From NCBI GenBank assembly GCA_032125995.1, contig JAQBBQ010000139.1, positions 1 to 42,832 on the forward strand: a DNA stretch of 42,832 bases, read 5' to 3'. Made by a program: the position numbers and the translations under genes. Under the pieces are notes generated by a model. That model was not told where the DNA came from. It saw only the letters and a program-made list of their open reading frames with translations, and did not search any database. This stretch comes from Betaproteobacteria bacterium. Its GTDB lineage: Bacteria; Pseudomonadota; Gammaproteobacteria; Burkholderiales; SG8-39. This document shows, one piece after another, positions 17,142 to 27,124 of the stretch; within the stretch, counting starts at the first letter, position 1; each line of letters begins with the position of its first letter.

Positions 17142-17734
17142 CGAGGCATGCCCTCGACGACCGGCCCCGACACCGTGCGTACGTAAGGCGCCATGCCTTG
17201 AAGCGCGGACCGCGGCGAAAACTCCTGATGCGCGAGCAGATAGTCGTTTGCCGCCTCAGGTAACAGCACGCGCATCGGCAGCGGCGCCGAACCGAGACGA
17301 CGTTCAAGTGTCTGGCGCATCACCGGTCGGACACCCTCGGTTGATGCCGACTGTATCCGCCCCGCTTGAGGCGCGCTCGCAAGCGGCGCTCCGGGCAACA
17401 CGCCCGGGGTCGTTTCCAGTGGCGGTGCGAACGCAAGCCACCCGACCAGGGCGACCGCGGCCAGGCTTGCCGCCGCGGACAGCGCCATCCACCGCCCGCG
17501 TTCAGCCCGCAGGCGACCGGGGGCCAAGATCGTCGGCTCGGCCGCCAGCTTGTCGGCAAACCGTGCCGAGAAACCTGGGGATCGCAGCGATAGTTCGCGC
17601 ATCGCGTCGCTTAGGAGGTGATACAACCGCCACGTCTCGCGCGACGCGTCGTCGCGATCGAGCGCATCGATCACCTGGTCCAGCTCGCGCGATTCCAACT
17701 CGCCGTCCACCAACGCAGAGATCTTGGTCTTCAT
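17138..17734 (-). CDS. rseA: Anti-sigmaE factor RseA/MucA
   Basis: KISALVDGEL, TW..YHL.SDAMR, TM AASLAAVALVGW, DYLLAHQ. Confidence 0.92.
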   Translation of the reverse strand: MKTKISALVDGELESRELDQVIDALDRDDASRETWRLYHLLSDAMRELSLRSPGFSARFADKLAAEPTILAPGRLRAERGRWMALSAAASLAAVALVGWLAFAPPLETTPGVLPGAPLASAPQAGRIQSASTEGVRPVMRQTLERRLGSAPLPMRVLLPEAANDYLLAHQEFSPRSALQGMAPYVRTVSGPVVEGMPR

Positions 17735-17747
17735 CGGATGATCACCC

Positions 17748-18356
17748 TTACCACCGTTTGTCCTTTGGCGTCTCGATCAGCGGGCGAAGCCGCTCTGCAA
17801 TCGCCTCGCGCGCCCGGAAAATTCGGGACCGGACCGTACCGATCGGGCAGTCCATGATGCGTGCGATATCCTCGTAGCTCATGCCGTCCATCTCGCGTAA
17901 CTGGATGGCGGTACGCAATTCCTCCGGCAGCGCCTCCATCGTCGCGTTCACCGTGTCCGCGATTTCCTTGGACAGCAGCATGTGCTCGGGCGTATTTAAA
18001 TCCCTCAGGCGCTCACCGTCTGCATACCCTTCGGCCTCGTCTGCGTCGATGTCGGTCGAGGTTGGCGCCCGCCGGCGCATGGCGGCGAGGTAATTCTTGG
18101 CGGTGTTAATTCCGATGCGGTAAAGCCAGGTATAGAACGCACTGTCCCCGCGGAATGCCGGTAATGCGCGATAGGCTTTGATGAATGCTTCTTGCATCAC
18201 GTCCTCGACCTCTGACGGATCCCGTATGAATCGAGACAGCAGCCGTCCGAGCTTGCGTTGGTACTTTTCGACGAGCAACTCAAAGGCCCGTTTGTCGCCA
18301 CGCTGCGCCCGCTCGACCAGCTGGCGGTCGATATCGCGCTCAGACACCGCCACCAC
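17748..18356 (-). CDS. rpoE: ECF sigma factor RpoE/AlgU
   Basis: D..LVERAQRGD..AFELLV.KYQ, FRGDSAFYTWLYRI, CPIGTVRSRIFRARE. Confidence 0.98.
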   Translation of the reverse strand: MVAVSERDIDRQLVERAQRGDKRAFELLVEKYQRKLGRLLSRFIRDPSEVEDVMQEAFIKAYRALPAFRGDSAFYTWLYRIGINTAKNYLAAMRRRAPTSTDIDADEAEGYADGERLRDLNTPEHMLLSKEIADTVNATMEALPEELRTAIQLREMDGMSYEDIARIMDCPIGTVRSRIFRAREAIAERLRPLIETPKDKRW

Positions 18357-18424
18357 CCGCCCCGCCCGAGTCGGCCTGCGCTTGACCCGTCGCGAGACCC
18401 GTCCCGCCGAACCGTCTACTTGCC

Positions 18425-18451
18425 ACAGACAGGCAGAGGGGGAAATAGTTC
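18425..18451 (-). promoter_or_regulatory. Autoregulatory sigmaE-type promoter of rpoE
   Basis: GAACTA-N16-TCTGT on the minus strand upstream of rpoE. Confidence 0.6.
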
Positions 18452-18470
18452 ACGCGCAATCCACGTCCGG

Positions 18471-18962
18471 TCACCACGGTTCCTGTGGCAGGGGCGCGAC
18501 ACCGGGCAACCGCCCCCAAAGCGCCCACAGGCGCAGGCGCCGGAACGCATCCGGGTCAAGCATGTCGTCGGCGATCACTAGCGTGCGTCGGAGCGGCGCC
18601 GCGATCGGGAGCGCAACCAGATGCGCGCTGACCCAACGCCGCGACCCGACCCGCGAGGCAAGCCGCTCGTGACTTGAGAGTTCAAGCACGATCCGGTCCG
18701 GCCCCTGGAGTTCGAATCCCCGCACCGACCGGCCCGCGCGCAGCAGGGCGCGATCCCACGCCGTCGCGATTCCCAGGGCCACCATCAGCGCCGCGAGGAT
18801 CCATCCGATGGCCGCGTCGGACAGGGCCAGCAAGGCTGCAGCCGAGGCGCCGTGTACGAACACGATAAACGTTGCAATCCAGCGCGACGGTGTCAACTGG
18901 AAATGCGTCGCGTTTCCAACGCTGCGAACGCTGCGTACGATCGGAGCGTTGCGCGCGGTCAC
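18471..18962 (-). CDS. YgfX/CptA-like membrane protein
   Basis: Two TM helices (H.ASAAALL), C-terminal D.LD.DAFRRLR.W motif; start overlaps the fabF stop. Confidence 0.7.
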   Translation of the reverse strand: MTARNAPIVRSVRSVGNATHFQLTPSRWIATFIVFVHGASAAALLALSDAAIGWILAALMVALGIATAWDRALLRAGRSVRGFELQGPDRIVLELSSHERLASRVGSRRWVSAHLVALPIAAPLRRTLVIADDMLDPDAFRRLRLWALWGRLPGVAPLPQEPW

Positions 18963-20191
18963 ACGCGCGCGAAAACCAGGGTTCCGTTCGTCCCGCCAAA
19001 ACCAAAATTGTTTTTCACCGCAACGTCGATTTTGAGGTCACGCGCCGTGTGTGCGCAGTAATCGAGATCGCATTCTGGGTCGGGATCGCTGAGATTGATC
19101 GTTGGCGGACAGATTCCGTGATGCAGCGCGAGAACCGTGAACACGGATTCAACCCCGCCAGCGCCGCCCAGCAAGTGTCCGGTCATCGATTTGGTGGAGC
19201 TGACGACGAGAGACTTGGCGTGCGCGCCGAACGCCGCCTTGAGGGCGTCGGTTTCGTTCTTGTCGCCAAGCGGGGTCGACGTGCCATGCGCGTTCACGTA
19301 CTGCACGCGTTCCGGGGCGAGGCCGGCATCGTTCAGGGCATCGCGCATGCAACGGCGCGGCCCGTCCACGTTCGGCGCGGTGATGTGAAACGCGTCGGCG
19401 CTCATGCCGAAGCCCACCAACTCGCAATAGACTCGGGCGCCGCGCGCGCGCGCATGCGCGTAGTCTTCGACCACCAGCACCCCGGCGCCTTCACCCAGGA
19501 CGAAGCCGTCACGGCCACGGTCCCACGGACGGCTCGCGGTCTGCGGGTCATCGTTACGCGTCGACAGGGCGCGTGCCGCAGCGAAGCCCCCAATGCCCAG
19601 CGGTGAGATTGCGGCTTCGGCGCCCCCGGCGACCATGACGTCCGCATCACCACGCTCAATGAGCCTCGCGGCGAGACCAATCGAGTGCAATCCGGTCGTA
19701 CACGCCGTCACGATTCCCAGATTCGGTCCCTTCATGCCCAGCATGATGGACAGATGGCCGGAGATCAGGTTGATGATCGTTGCCGGTACGAAAAACGGTG
19801 AAATTCGTCGCGGACCTTTGCTGACGTACTCGGTGTGCATGTGCTCGATCATCGGCAGGCCGCCGATTCCAGAGCCGATGTTCACGCCGATGCGCTCGGC
19901 GTTCGCCTCCGTGACCTCGAGCCCGCAGTCGCGCCACGCCTGGAGTCCGGCTGCGAGCCCGAAATGGATGAAGGCGTCCATGTGCCGCGCCTCCTTTGCG
20001 GCCAGGTACGTGGTGACGTCGAACCCTTTGACTTCGCCAGCGAACCGGCACGCAAAGGCGGACGCGTCGAAACGCTGAATCGGGCCGATTCCGGAGCGCC
20101 CGGCAACGACGTTTTGCCAGGCTTCGTCCACCGTGTTCCCAACCGGGCAGACGGCGCCGAGCCCAGTGATGACGACTCTGCGACGAGACAA
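18959..20191 (-). CDS. fabF: 3-oxoacyl-ACP synthase II (start placed at TTG 20191)
   Basis: RRVVITGLG, TACTTG, NAHGTST, GHLLGGAG, NNFGFGGTN. Confidence 0.98.
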   Translation of the reverse strand: MSRRRVVITGLGAVCPVGNTVDEAWQNVVAGRSGIGPIQRFDASAFACRFAGEVKGFDVTTYLAAKEARHMDAFIHFGLAAGLQAWRDCGLEVTEANAERIGVNIGSGIGGLPMIEHMHTEYVSKGPRRISPFFVPATIINLISGHLSIMLGMKGPNLGIVTACTTGLHSIGLAARLIERGDADVMVAGGAEAAISPLGIGGFAAARALSTRNDDPQTASRPWDRGRDGFVLGEGAGVLVVEDYAHARARGARVYCELVGFGMSADAFHITAPNVDGPRRCMRDALNDAGLAPERVQYVNAHGTSTPLGDKNETDALKAAFGAHAKSLVVSSTKSMTGHLLGGAGGVESVFTVLALHHGICPPTINLSDPDPECDLDYCAHTARDLKIDVAVKNNFGFGGTNGTLVFARV

Positions 20192-20244
20192 CGTGCGTCC
20201 TGCTCTAGGCGCGGCGGTCTGCAACCGGCCGGCGCGCGCGTGCG

Positions 20245-20484
20245 TTAGGCCTTTTGGTGTGCCGTGATGAAGTCGATAGCTTGCTGGACCGTGGTGATCT
20301 TCTCGGCCTCTTCGTCCGGAATTTCGGTCTCAAATTCCTCTTCCAGCGCCATCACCAACTCGACCGTGTCGAGTGAATCCGCGCCAAGATCATCCACGAA
20401 AGACGACTCAATCTTGATCTCCGCCTCGTTTACGCCCAACTGCTCGGCAATGATCTTCTTGACGCGTTGTTCGATGTTCTCCAT
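20245..20484 (-). CDS. acpP: Acyl carrier protein
   Basis: [11 protein letters not shown]...[20 protein letters not shown]; SD GGGAGGAG. Confidence 0.99.
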   Translation of the reverse strand: MENIEQRVKKIIAEQLGVNEAEIKIESSFVDDLGADSLDTVELVMALEEEFETEIPDEEAEKITTVQQAIDFITAHQKA

Positions 20485-20586
20485 CTTCTGCTCCTCCCTC
20501 TGGGGCTTCGCCTGAGGTCCGCGAAGCGGGCTGAATTCTACCAAACCGTCGAACCTGCGAGCGCATCATTCGGAGCGCGCCAGCGC

Positions 20587-21336
20587 TCAGCCGCTCATGT
20601 ACATGCCGCCATTGACGTGGAGGACGGTCCCCGTCACGTAGCCGGCCTGGGGCGAGGCCAGATAGGTCACCGCCGAGGCAACGTCGTCTGCCGCGCCGAG
20701 GCGTCCCAACGGGATCTGCGCGAGCAGCGCGTCGCGCTGCGCGTCGGAGAGCCCCCGGGTCATATCGGTGTCGATAAATCCGGGGGCAACGCAATTCACG
20801 GTGATATTCCGGCTGCCGAGCTCGCGCGCGAGCGCGCGCGTCATCCCCGCAACGCCAGCCTTGGCCGCTGCATAGTTTGCCTGCCCAGCGTTGCCCGATG
20901 CGCCAACGACCGACGTGATGTTAATGATCCGTCCCCAGCGGGCCTTCATCATCGCTCGCAGCACCGAACGCGAGAGGCGAAATACCGCCCGCAAGTTCGT
21001 TTCAATGACCTCGTCCCACTCACTGTCCTTCATGCGCAACGCCAGGTTGTCGCGCACCACGGCGGCGTTGTTGACCAGGATCAGGATGTCGCCATACGTC
21101 TTGCGCACTGCCTCCACGATCGCATCGCATTGCGCCGAGTCGCGCACGTCGAGGACTCGGCCTGCGCTTTTCCCGCCCAAGGCAGCGAGCGCTTGCGTCA
21201 CACGCTGTGCCCCAGCCTCGGTCGTCGCGGTACCGATCACGGTGGCGCCCTGCCCCGCAAGCGCCTGCGCAATCGCGCTGCCAATCCCGCGCGAAGCGCC
21301 GGTGACCAGCGCAACTTTCCCATCCAGCATGCTCAT
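20587..21336 (-). CDS. fabG: 3-oxoacyl-ACP reductase
   Basis: TGASRGIG, NNA, GQANYAAAK, LHVNGGMYM. Confidence 0.98.
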   Translation of the reverse strand: MSMLDGKVALVTGASRGIGSAIAQALAGQGATVIGTATTEAGAQRVTQALAALGGKSAGRVLDVRDSAQCDAIVEAVRKTYGDILILVNNAAVVRDNLALRMKDSEWDEVIETNLRAVFRLSRSVLRAMMKARWGRIINITSVVGASGNAGQANYAAAKAGVAGMTRALARELGSRNITVNCVAPGFIDTDMTRGLSDAQRDALLAQIPLGRLGAADDVASAVTYLASPQAGYVTGTVLHVNGGMYMSG

Positions 21337-22268
21337 GCGCCCTGAATCTCCGCCAGCGCCTGCTCAAGCGATTGCCGGTCGCCGAGCGACAGCCCCTGCA
21401 CCTCCGGCGCGATCCGTCTCACCAGGCCCGCCAGCACCCTGCCGGGTCCGCACTCGACAATGTGCGTGACGCCGTCCCGCGCCATGCGTTGCACCGTTTC
21501 GGCCCAGCGCACCGGGGATGCGGCCTGGCGGACGAGGGCATCCCGGATGGCCGCGGCCGATTCGGCAATCGCGACGTCGACATTGTTGATCAAATCAATG
21601 CGTGGCGCGTCGAACGCGACCGCCTCGAGATGGGCCCGTAGTCGCTCCGCCGCCGGTTGCATCAAGCTTGAGTGGAACGGTGCGCTGACCGGTAGGCGCA
21701 GCGCGCGTTTAGCGCCACGCGCCTTGCAGGCATCGATCGCGCGCGCAACCGCGCTCTGATGTCCGGCAATCACCACCTGGCCGGGTGCGTTGAAATTTAC
21801 CGCCTGGACCACCTCGCCCTGCGCAACCTCCGCGCAGGCCGCGCGCACCGCGTCATCGTCAAGGCTCATGATTGCCGCCATCGCGCCCTGCCCCTCCGGG
21901 ACCGCCTGCTGCATCGCTTCCGCGCGAAAGCGCACGATCGGCAGACAGGCGTTGAGCGACAGCGCACCTGCGGCGACCAGTGCGCTGTACTCCCCAAGGC
22001 TGTGGCCTGCGACCAGGCTCGGTACGGGCCCGCCGAGCGCGCACCACGCACGGTAGGCAGCGATGCCCGCGGTGAGCATCGCCGGCTGCGTATTGACGGT
22101 CAACGCGAGTGCCTCCGCAGGTCCATCGTCCAGCACGCGGAGAAATTCGGCGCCGAGCACCTCGCCGGCTTCCTGCCGGACGCCGTCCACCCCGGGCAGT
22201 CCGGCGTAGGCCTGGAGCATACCGACCGCCTGCGAACCCTGTCCTGGAAACACGAAAGCGAGCTTCAT
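21333..22268 (-). CDS. fabD: Malonyl-CoA:ACP transacylase
   Basis: FPGQGSQ, AGHSLGEY, VSAPFHS, ECGPG. Confidence 0.98.
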   Translation of the reverse strand: MKLAFVFPGQGSQAVGMLQAYAGLPGVDGVRQEAGEVLGAEFLRVLDDGPAEALALTVNTQPAMLTAGIAAYRAWCALGGPVPSLVAGHSLGEYSALVAAGALSLNACLPIVRFRAEAMQQAVPEGQGAMAAIMSLDDDAVRAACAEVAQGEVVQAVNFNAPGQVVIAGHQSAVARAIDACKARGAKRALRLPVSAPFHSSLMQPAAERLRAHLEAVAFDAPRIDLINNVDVAIAESAAAIRDALVRQAASPVRWAETVQRMARDGVTHIVECGPGRVLAGLVRRIAPEVQGLSLGDRQSLEQALAEIQGA

Positions 22269-22280
22269 ACGCCGATCCTC

Positions 22281-23240
22281 TCAGAGGGTAGCGAGTACCG
22301 CGCCCCAGGTGAACCCACCCCCAACGCCCTGCATCATCACGCGATCGCCGCTCCGAATTTTGCCCGCGCGCAGCGATTCGTCGAGCGCGAGCGGCACCGA
22401 CGCGGCCGAGGTATTGCCGTGCCGATCGACCGTCACCACCAGGCGCTCGAGCGGCAGGCCAAGCTTGCGCGCCGTGGCTTCGAGGATGCGTACGTTCGCC
22501 TGGTGCGGGATCAGCCAATCGATGTCATCGAGCTGCATTCCGGCCGCAGCGACCGTCTCGCGCGCGACCTCATCCAGTACGCGCACGGCGAATTTGAACA
22601 CCTGACTACCCGCCATCTGCAGAAACGGCGAACCGACGATCCGTCCACCGCAGACGTTGCCCGGTACCGACAGGATACCGGCGTGGCGGCCGTCTGCACG
22701 CAGCACGGACGCATGGATACCCGGCGTCTCCGCGTCCGCGACGACGACCGCGCCGGCACCGTCGCCAAATAGCACGCAGGTACCGCGGTCGTTCCAGTCC
22801 AGGATGCGCGAAAACACCTCGGCGCCGACCACCAGTACGCGCTTCGCCGATCCGCCGCGGATGAACACATCCGCAGTCGCCAGGGCGTAGACGAATCCGC
22901 TGCACACCGCCTGCACGTCGAAGGCGGGACACTGCGCGATACCCAGCTTGGCCTGCAGCAGGCAGGCAGTGCTCGGGAAGATGAAATCGGGTGTCGAGGT
23001 CGCGACGATGATGAGATCAATGTCGCCCGGCGCAACGCCGGCGTCCGTGAGCGCTCGGCGACTGGCCTCAAGCGCGAGGTCGCTCGACGTCTGTGACTCG
23101 TCCGCAATGCGGCGCTCGACGATTCCGGTGCGCTCGCGAATCCACGCGTCGCTCGTGTCCAGGCGTGCCGAAAATTCGTCGTTGCGAACGACACGCTCTG
23201 GCAGGTAGCTCCCGGTGCCGATGATTCGGGAGTAGATCAT
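22281..23240 (-). CDS. fabH: 3-oxoacyl-ACP synthase III
   Basis: [33 protein letters not shown]. Confidence 0.98.
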   Translation of the reverse strand: MIYSRIIGTGSYLPERVVRNDEFSARLDTSDAWIRERTGIVERRIADESQTSSDLALEASRRALTDAGVAPGDIDLIIVATSTPDFIFPSTACLLQAKLGIAQCPAFDVQAVCSGFVYALATADVFIRGGSAKRVLVVGAEVFSRILDWNDRGTCVLFGDGAGAVVVADAETPGIHASVLRADGRHAGILSVPGNVCGGRIVGSPFLQMAGSQVFKFAVRVLDEVARETVAAAGMQLDDIDWLIPHQANVRILEATARKLGLPLERLVVTVDRHGNTSAASVPLALDESLRAGKIRSGDRVMMQGVGGGFTWGAVLATL

Positions 23241-24274
23241 GCGCGCGTCGGCATCGCAGGCGTCGTCTCGACCAATTCCGCCATGCGCTGCGCAATTCGT
23301 TGTGGAACGTTATTGCGGACTTCGTCTACCGCGCGCGCGAGCGCATGTCCAAAGGCGAACGCGTCGGCCGCGCCGTGACTTTTGATCACGATACCGCGCA
23401 AGCCGAGCAGGCTCGCGCCGTTATAGCGGCGATGATCCATTCGTTGGCGGAACGAACGCAGCACCGGCAATGCGGCGAGCGCAGCGAGTCGCCGCAGCAG
23501 GCTGCGGTTGAATTCCTCATGCAACGCCGACGACATCATTTGCACCACGCCCTCGGAAGCCTTGAGCGCGACGTTGCCGACGAAGCCGTCACAGACGACG
23601 ACATCGGTCGTGCCCTTGTAAATGTCGTCGCCCTCGACATTGCCCGCAAAGTTGAGGCCGCTTGCGCGCAGCATCTCCGCCGCACGCTTCACCGTCTCGT
23701 TGCCCTTGATGTCCTCGACGCCAATGTTGAGCAACCCAACCGTGGGACGCGCCTTGTGTTCAACCGCGGCGACGAGCATGGCGCCCATGATGCCGAACTG
23801 AAGCAGATGGTCCGCCGTACAGTCGACATTCGCGCCGAGGTCGAGCACCGTGGTGTGGTCGCCACGTATGTTCGGCAGGACGCTGGCAATTGCGGGTCGG
23901 TCGATTCCGGCAAGCGTCTTCAGGACAAAACGCGAAATTGCCATCAAGGCGCCCGTATTGCCGGCGCTCACACAGGCATGCGCCTCACCAGACTTCACGA
24001 GGTTGGCGGCGACACGAATCGACGAGTCCTTTTTGTAACGTAACGCCGTGACCGGCGCCTCGTCCATGGCGACAACCTCGCTCGCGTGACGCACTCTGAG
24101 CCGGGGGCCGGTACGGCCACCGTGGGCGATGAGTTCGGCTTCGATCGCGTCGCGCAGGCCCACCAGAACCACATCGACGCCCGCTTGTCGATTCTGGAAA
24201 TCGAGCACGGCCGGAATCGTGACATGGGGGCCGTGATCGCCTCCCATGCAGTCAACGGCGACAGAGATGTCCAT
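23237..24274 (-). CDS. plsX: Phosphate acyltransferase
   Basis: [35 protein letters not shown]. Confidence 0.98.
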   Translation of the reverse strand: MDISVAVDCMGGDHGPHVTIPAVLDFQNRQAGVDVVLVGLRDAIEAELIAHGGRTGPRLRVRHASEVVAMDEAPVTALRYKKDSSIRVAANLVKSGEAHACVSAGNTGALMAISRFVLKTLAGIDRPAIASVLPNIRGDHTTVLDLGANVDCTADHLLQFGIMGAMLVAAVEHKARPTVGLLNIGVEDIKGNETVKRAAEMLRASGLNFAGNVEGDDIYKGTTDVVVCDGFVGNVALKASEGVVQMMSSALHEEFNRSLLRRLAALAALPVLRSFRQRMDHRRYNGASLLGLRGIVIKSHGAADAFAFGHALARAVDEVRNNVPQRIAQRMAELVETTPAMPTRA

Positions 24275-24331
24275 GCGGCAGCCGCCGCGCGCCCTCGGCG
24301 CGCGCCACGCCTTTCGTGATGCCGTTGAGGT

Positions 24332-24511
24332 TTACTCGCCCTTGACCTTGGCGACTTTCTTGCCCCGGTAGTAACCGGTCGGGCTGATATGGTGGCGCAA
24401 GTGCGTCTCGCCGGTCGTCGGTTCGACCGCAAGCGCCGGACTACCCAGCGCGTCGTGCGCGCGATGCATCCCGCGTTTCGAGGACGTCTTTCGGTTTTGT
24501 GGAACGGCCAT
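24332..24511 (-). CDS. rpmF: 50S ribosomal protein L32
   Basis: [19 protein letters not shown]...HLRHHIS..GYYRG; SD AAAGGAG. Confidence 0.98.
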   Translation of the reverse strand: MAVPQNRKTSSKRGMHRAHDALGSPALAVEPTTGETHLRHHISPTGYYRGKKVAKVKGE

Positions 24512-24573
24512 CGGTTGGCTCCTTTCAATTACGGTTATGGCAGGCACGGGCGGTTGCGCCGCGCGCGATCGCA

Positions 24574-25092
24574 TTATCGACTTCGCTGTCGCCCTTCGCG
24601 CGCCGGCGCGCCCAGCATGGCTGACAATCCGGCGAACGGCGAGTCGCGCTGCACCCCCTGTGCGTCAGACGCTGCGGCGCAGCGCTCATGGCGCGGCGCG
24701 AACGGGATCGCGAGCAGCAGTTCATCCTCGATCAGCGCGCCAATCGGCATCTCCCGGCTCGCAAGAATCCGATCTGGTGCGGTCGGATCGGTGGCATCGG
24801 CGTCGATTTCCGCTTCCGATGCGGCGAGCACCAGCACCGCGTCAAGATCGACCGGAAACGCCATCGTTTCGAGACAACGCTGACAGTCGAGTTTGAGAAC
24901 CCCGCGCAGCCTCAATCGCAGCGCCTGTCGCCCGAGGGTATCGAGCATCCCACGCAGGTCATACTCGAGATCACCCTCGGAATCGGCAAGGCTGGACTGC
25001 AGTCGCGGCAGTTCGCGCAGCGGCCAGCGACCCTGCCGCGATTCGCCCGACACCGCAAAATCGAAGCCGTCGATGGTAGGTTTCTGAGACAT
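24574..25092 (-). CDS. yceD: YceD/DUF177 family protein
   Basis: [20 protein letters not shown]; upstream of rpmF. Confidence 0.93.
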   Translation of the reverse strand: MSQKPTIDGFDFAVSGESRQGRWPLRELPRLQSSLADSEGDLEYDLRGMLDTLGRQALRLRLRGVLKLDCQRCLETMAFPVDLDAVLVLAASEAEIDADATDPTAPDRILASREMPIGALIEDELLLAIPFAPRHERCAAASDAQGVQRDSPFAGLSAMLGAPAREGRQRSR

Positions 25093-25139
25093 AAACGGCG
25101 AATGGTATCATTGCAGAAATTTCCAGTCAAAACAATGTC

Positions 25140-25730
25140 ATGGAAGAACGTCGCCGGCTGGTTCTCGCGTCCACTTCGACCTATCGGCGGCAGCTACTTG
25201 AGCGCCTCGGCCTGGCCTTCGAATGGGCCGCACCCGAGGTCGACGAGGCGGCCCTGGCCGACGAAGGGCCGGCGGACACCGCGCGCCGCCTTGCGCACGC
25301 AAAGGCGAGCGCCGTTGCAGCACGTTTTCCAGACGCGCTGTTGATCGGTTCGGACCAGGTCGCCAGCCTCAATGGCCTGCGCTTAGGCAAACCGGGCAAC
25401 CATGCCAACGCCGTCGGCCAGTTGCGCGCACTGAGCGGGCGCACGGCGCAATTCGACACCGCGCTCTGCGTGCTCGACGTCGCCGGCGGCAGGACGTGGA
25501 CACGCGTGGTCGCGTGCCGCGTCGCCTTTCGTCACCTCGATGACGCGATGATCGAGGCCTATTTGCGGCGCGAGCAGCCCTACGACTGCGCCGGAAGTGC
25601 TAAATCGGAGGGACTTGGAATCGCGCTCATCGAACGGCTCGACACCGAGGATCCGACCGCACTCATCGGACTTCCGCTGATCGCATTGACCGAACTGCTG
25701 TCGGCCGCCGGCATGCCGGTGCTGGGCTGA
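25140..25730 (+). CDS. yceF: Maf-family (YceF-type) nucleotide pyrophosphatase
   Basis: LVLASTS.YRR, IGSDQ, GKP, DCAGSAKSEGLG, LIGLPLI. Confidence 0.93.
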   Translation: MEERRRLVLASTSTYRRQLLERLGLAFEWAAPEVDEAALADEGPADTARRLAHAKASAVAARFPDALLIGSDQVASLNGLRLGKPGNHANAVGQLRALSGRTAQFDTALCVLDVAGGRTWTRVVACRVAFRHLDDAMIEAYLRREQPYDCAGSAKSEGLGIALIERLDTEDPTALIGLPLIALTELLSAAGMPVLG

Positions 25731-25782
25731 CCCGACGCCATCGTCGTCACGCTCGCCACCGTCGGCAGAGGGCGCGCGGCGC

Positions 25783-25827
25783 GGCACCCCCGCACCCCGG
25801 CACCCCGGCACCCCGGCACCCCGGCAC
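25783..25827. repeat. 8-bp tandem repeat (GGCACCCC)x5.6; G-rich on the minus strand
   Basis: ggcacccc cgcacccc ggcacccc ggcacccc ggcacccc ggcac, abutting the S49 peptidase stop codon. Confidence 0.9.
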
Positions 25828-26775
25828 TCAACGCAGCACGGGTCCGTTGCGGAGCGAAAATTCGGCGAGCGCGGCGGCGACACTGGCCCCAAAACGCTTC
25901 GCGATCCGCTCGGCGAAGTTCTTCTTCTCGGTGTAGTCGACGATCTTCTCGGCCTTGACGACGTCGCGTGCGACGCTATCCAGCGTTCCAAGTGCATCGA
26001 CGAGCCCCAGTTCGATGCCTTTCTGCCCGCTCCAAATCAACCCCGAGAACATCTCGGGTGTCTCTTTAAGCCGATCGCCGCGTCCCTCGCGGACCACCGC
26101 AATGAACTGCTGGTGAATTTCGTCTATCAGCGCGAGTACGTATCGCTTCTGTTCCTCGTTTTCGGGAAGGAAGGGATCGAGCATCGCCTTGTTCTTGCCC
26201 GCGATCAGCAGGCGTCGCTCGACGCCGAGCTTTTGCATCAATCCGGTCAGGCCAAAACTGTCCATGCGCACGCCGATCGAGCCGACAATACTCGACTGAC
26301 TGACGTAGATGCGATCGGCACCGACGGCAACGTAGTAGCCACCCGATGCGCACAGGTCTTCGACGACCGCATACAGGGGAATAGTCGGGAATTTCTGGCG
26401 CAAGCGCCGCATCTCGTCGTAGATCGTTTGCGCCTGCACCGGGCTACCGCCCGGGCTGTTGATACGCAGGACGACGGCTTTCGTGTTCTTGTCCTCGAAT
26501 GCTGCCTGGAGCGCGCTGGTGACGCGATCGGCGTTCGCATCGCTACCGGGTCCGATGATGCCGTCGATTTGCACCAACGCCGTGTGCTTGGCCGCTTTCG
26601 TCGACGGCAGGACGGCCGTCCAATCGACGGCAAGCACAATAACGACCGTGATATAGGCGAAGGTCAGGAGCTTGAAAAAGATGCCCCAGCGACGCGCACG
26701 TCGCTGCTCGGCAAGCCCATTCATGGCAATTTTTTCGACCAGCTTGCGTTCCCACTGATCCCCGTTATCGGTCAT
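25828..26775 (-). CDS. S49 family peptidase (SppA-like; start placed at ATG 26775)
   Basis: RRWGIFFK TM, LRINSPGGSP, CASGGYY, GSIGV, FSGLIWSG. Confidence 0.93.
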   Translation of the reverse strand: MTDNGDQWERKLVEKIAMNGLAEQRRARRWGIFFKLLTFAYITVVIVLAVDWTAVLPSTKAAKHTALVQIDGIIGPGSDANADRVTSALQAAFEDKNTKAVVLRINSPGGSPVQAQTIYDEMRRLRQKFPTIPLYAVVEDLCASGGYYVAVGADRIYVSQSSIVGSIGVRMDSFGLTGLMQKLGVERRLLIAGKNKAMLDPFLPENEEQKRYVLALIDEIHQQFIAVVREGRGDRLKETPEMFSGLIWSGQKGIELGLVDALGTLDSVARDVVKAEKIVDYTEKKNFAERIAKRFGASVAAALAEFSLRNGPVLR

Positions 26776-27124
26776 TTTCGATTCCCAGAAAGTAGACGCC
26801 ACCATGGCGCTCTAACACGGCAAGACGGACGAGCGGCGTACTGCCGCACGGTCCGCCGAGGCAGCGACCGTCCCTCACGTCGTAGAGCGCACCGTGCGTC
26901 GAGCATACCAAATCGCGCCCGTCCGCCGCGAAGAAGTCACCGGCCCGCCAGTCAAGCTCCATCGGCATGTGCCCGCAGCGATTGAGGTAGCCGAACACGC
27001 GCCCCGCCGCGCGTACGACGAAGGCCGGCGTCGGCGCGCCGAAATAGTCGACCTCGAAGCGCACGCCCGGACCGGCGTCGGGTAGCGCATCGGACGCGCA
27101 GATCAAGCGTTCTGCGTCAGCCAT
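26765..27124 (-). CDS. Rieske [2Fe-2S] ferredoxin-like protein
   Basis: NRCGH...CSTHGA, G.C.GGPC. Confidence 0.92.
   Translation of the reverse strand: MADAERLICASDALPDAGPGVRFEVDYFGAPTPAFVVRAAGRVFGYLNRCGHMPMELDWRAGDFFAADGRDLVCSTHGALYDVRDGRCLGGPCGSTPLVRLAVLERHGGVYFLGIENDR

Noticed and set aside
19441-19462. 22-bp alternating purine-pyrimidine (Z-DNA-like) tract; similar CG runs near 533 and 20232
   Set aside because: The main tract is explained by Ala/Arg codons in fabF; such runs are expected at this GC content.
25783-25827. Repeat array considered as CRISPR
   Set aside because: 8-bp contiguous units, no spacers, no cas genes; it is a simple tandem repeat.
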